In this document: positions 62,084 through 64,000 of the stretch, piece after piece
How positions within the stretch are numbered: position 1 is the first letter of the stretch
Layout of the letters: each line of letters starts with the position of its first letter
DNA from: Escherichia coli O127:H6 str. E2348/69
GTDB taxonomy: Bacteria; Pseudomonadota; Gammaproteobacteria; Enterobacterales; Enterobacteriaceae
DNA length: 64,000 nucleotides
Strand: one strand, 5' to 3'
NCBI RefSeq assembly: GCF_000026545.1
Contig: NC_011601.1
The notes under the pieces: model-generated
Databases searched by the model: none
The model's input: only the letters and a program-made list of their open reading frames with translations
What the model was told of the DNA's origin: nothing
Position numbers and translations under genes: made by a program

Positions 62084-62140
62084 TTAATTGGCAGAATTCG
62101 TACATGCACAACAACTAGTTATAGTTGACCTATTTCGCTC

Positions 62141-62709
62141 TTGAGAGACAACCATACTCAAATCTTCCACATTGCAGGAGATTTGAGTATGAATACGTCA
62201 CCGAGGAACAAAGACAGTATCATAGGCCCAAAAAGACCACTTCAGATATCTCATATCTGGGGGCTCCAAATCCGGCTTGAACTGGAAGGTAAAACGCGTG
62301 ATTTAGCTCGGTTTCAAGCAGAGCTACGGTGCTGCAACTGAAAAACTGGCAGTCCTATCCAATTTGAGATAACCAAAGGGACAAGAGAAGCTGTTTCTGC
62401 ATTGATAAAGCTTGGCAATTTACGCAGTAAAGACTACTTGTTCCGATCTCGGGTCGGTACTAACCAACACATATCAATCCTGCAATATAACCGAATCTTT
62501 CATAGGAGGGAGAAAAGCTTGGTCTCGAAGATTCGCTTTACAGCACACATTCCATGAGAAGAACAAAACCTTGCCTTGTCTGCAAGAAAACTAAGAATCT
62601 CCGGGTGATCCAACTTCCGTTGGGCCATAAGAAAACGGAAAGCACAGTTCGTTATCTGGGTATAGAAGTTGATGATGCATTAGAGATCTCTGAATCGATC
62701 GAAGTCTAA
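62141..62709 (+). pseudogene. decayed tyrosine recombinase (integrase-family) gene
   Basis: Recombinase segments spread over three frames: ...KRPLQISHIWGLQIRLELEGKTRDLARFQAELRCC / FEITKGTREAVSALIKLGNLRSKDYLF / SMRRTKPCLVCKKTKNLRVIQLPLGHKKTESTVRYLGIEVDDALEISESIEV (HxxR...Y catalytic tail). Confidence 0.6.
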
Positions 62710-62715
62710 AGCTGT

Positions 62716-62737
62716 CAGGGCTGCAGCAGCAGCCCTG
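62716..62737. repeat. perfect hairpin (9-bp stem, 4-nt loop) immediately after the recombinase relic
   Basis: cagggctgc-agca-gcagccctg; no U-tract follows, so not a canonical terminator. Confidence 0.5.
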
Positions 62738-63121
62738 TGCCAAGAGCGTACCAATATATGTCTCAAAAAATTGGGCACAGGTCAATATCAATACCAACAA
62801 CTCTGATTGTGCTCATGTGATTTACTCCTGTAGAAAACGCAGACAGTAAAAATATTTCACTGGCTGCTTCAGACAGGGCGTCCATCATATCATTACATAA
62901 CAATAGCGGGGCACGATATCTAGACATGCAGCAACGATGGACATAGAATGAGTACAATCAAAAGCATGTTTAACTACTTTAATTTAAAAATCTTAGAATC
63001 TTAGGTGTAGAGTTCAATACTTAGTTACATACCCTTTTGAAAGCATCACAAATCATAACTATGAGCCTGTTAAAGGCATAGGTATTCTTAATTAAGAGCA
63101 TTTTAATGAGAGAAAAATAAA

Positions 63122-64000
63122 ATGAAAAGACTATATTATACCCATCATGATAGTCGAACCTTAAAACTTGCTATAGAAGGTGATGTTTCTGATAATGCGA
63201 ATATTTTTACAGTAATTGTAGGTAAAAATGGCGTTGGAAAAAGCAGATTGTTATCTCAGATTGCTAAAGACTGTATTCAAGATATTCATTTCTTGAAAAC
63301 TTTTAATCCATTATTTGACAGAGAAATAACACCAAAGTTAATTGCCGTATCTACCAGCCCATTCGATAAATTCCCTCCAGGGCGTAGGTCATTAAATCAC
63401 CAAAGGAAAGAAAATAATTATCGCTATGTGGGTATGCGTGGAGAAGGCCCCTTCGGCGTATCAAATGCCGTATCCCTTTTATCTTCAGCAGCGAGAGGTT
63501 GGCTAGAGAAACTTGCTTATTCAGAAAATCCTGCAAATTTACTCGATGTTTTTCATTCTATTGATTTTGAGCCCCATATAGAGTTTGTATTTAAACCAAC
63601 TTACAACGGACCGGACACTCCTGACTATAACTTCATTGGTGTATATTCAGATGAGATATTAACGGAAGTTAAGGAGTTATATTTAAAATACAATATAAAA
63701 ATTGACAGGAAGAATATTGAGAGTCTCTTAAAGTTAAACTCCGAATCACGTCATGATATTTACGAAGCACTGGTTGAAATTAATCGATTTGAACCTGAAC
63801 GTAGGGCTGTAACCTTGTCAGTCGATTTTACCAATGGTGAAACATTGGTTGGCTCGACTTATGCGAATAATTATTTTTCTAGATCAATTCTTAAACTTAT
63901 GAACGCTGGCTTCATGAGATTGATGGATATGCGACTCATAAAAAAAAGCTATGGTCCCATGTCACTTAAACGTGCGAGCTCGGGAGAACAATGTTTATTA
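63122..64000 (+). CDS. ABC-type (AAA_15/AAA_21/OLD-like) ATPase, N-terminal 293 codons; runs off the window end
   Basis: Open frame from the ATG at 63122 with no stop to 64000 (absent from the ORF track for that reason); Walker A VIVGKNGVGKSRLL near residue 33; ABC-signature-like SSGEQ at the last codons; AT-rich. Confidence 0.7.
   Translation, partial: MKRLYYTHHDSRTLKLAIEGDVSDNANIFTVIVGKNGVGKSRLLSQIAKDCIQDIHFLKTFNPLFDREITPKLIAVSTSPFDKFPPGRRSLNHQRKENNYRYVGMRGEGPFGVSNAVSLLSSAARGWLEKLAYSENPANLLDVFHSIDFEPHIEFVFKPTYNGPDTPDYNFIGVYSDEILTEVKELYLKYNIKIDRKNIESLLKLNSESRHDIYEALVEINRFEPERRAVTLSVDFTNGETLVGSTYANNYFSRSILKLMNAGFMRLMDMRLIKKSYGPMSLKRASSGEQCLL

Larger units (their letters stand above)
52026..64000. 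mobile_element. lambdoid (Qin-like) prophage, left end and early region; continues beyond the window
   Basis: int-xis-exonuclease-(ydfD,dicB,dicF,ydfCBA,dicA)-dicC-ydaT-like-O-P gene order beginning at the disrupted potB; att core must lie in 52026-52128; right boundary not in window. Confidence 0.8.

Noticed and set aside
62763-62957. 64-aa minus-strand ORF between the recombinase relic and the ATPase
   Set aside because: No RBS, no recognisable motif, located in an AT-rich intergenic stretch; likely chance ORF, though a small regulatory peptide cannot be excluded.
52026-64000. IS elements, tRNA genes or CRISPR arrays associated with the prophage
   Set aside because: No transposase-like ORF, no cloverleaf-like tRNA segment and no regularly spaced direct repeats were seen; integration is into a protein-coding gene (potB) rather than a tRNA.

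Overview
Escherichia coli-type chromosomal segment, colinear with the K-12 flgD-flgL / rne / rluC / plsX-fab-acpP / pabC-mltG-tmk-holB / ptsG / fhuE / ndh / mfd / lolCDE / cobB / potDC region, carrying two accessory insertions. Gene names come from recognising the translated ORFs and from recalled K-12 gene order; no database search was run. (1) About 0.9 kb between the flgL and rne terminators encodes a GNAT-acetyltransferase toxin / RHH (DUF1778-type) antitoxin pair. (2) From about 52.0 kb to the window end a lambdoid, Qin-like prophage replaces the body of potB: int-xis, a large exonuclease, the dicA-ydfABC-dicF-dicB-ydfD operon (ydfD has an in-frame amber codon), dicC, a YdaT-like gene and O-like/P-like replication genes. 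Beyond about 60.8 kb the sequence becomes AT-rich cargo: a 280-aa protein of unknown function, a decayed tyrosine-recombinase gene ending in a perfect hairpin, and an ABC-type ATPase ORF that runs off the window end. This last ATPase and the 280-aa gene are the best candidates for an undescribed (probably anti-phage) system, but the partner genes lie outside the window. No rRNA, tRNA, CRISPR array or IS transposase was found.
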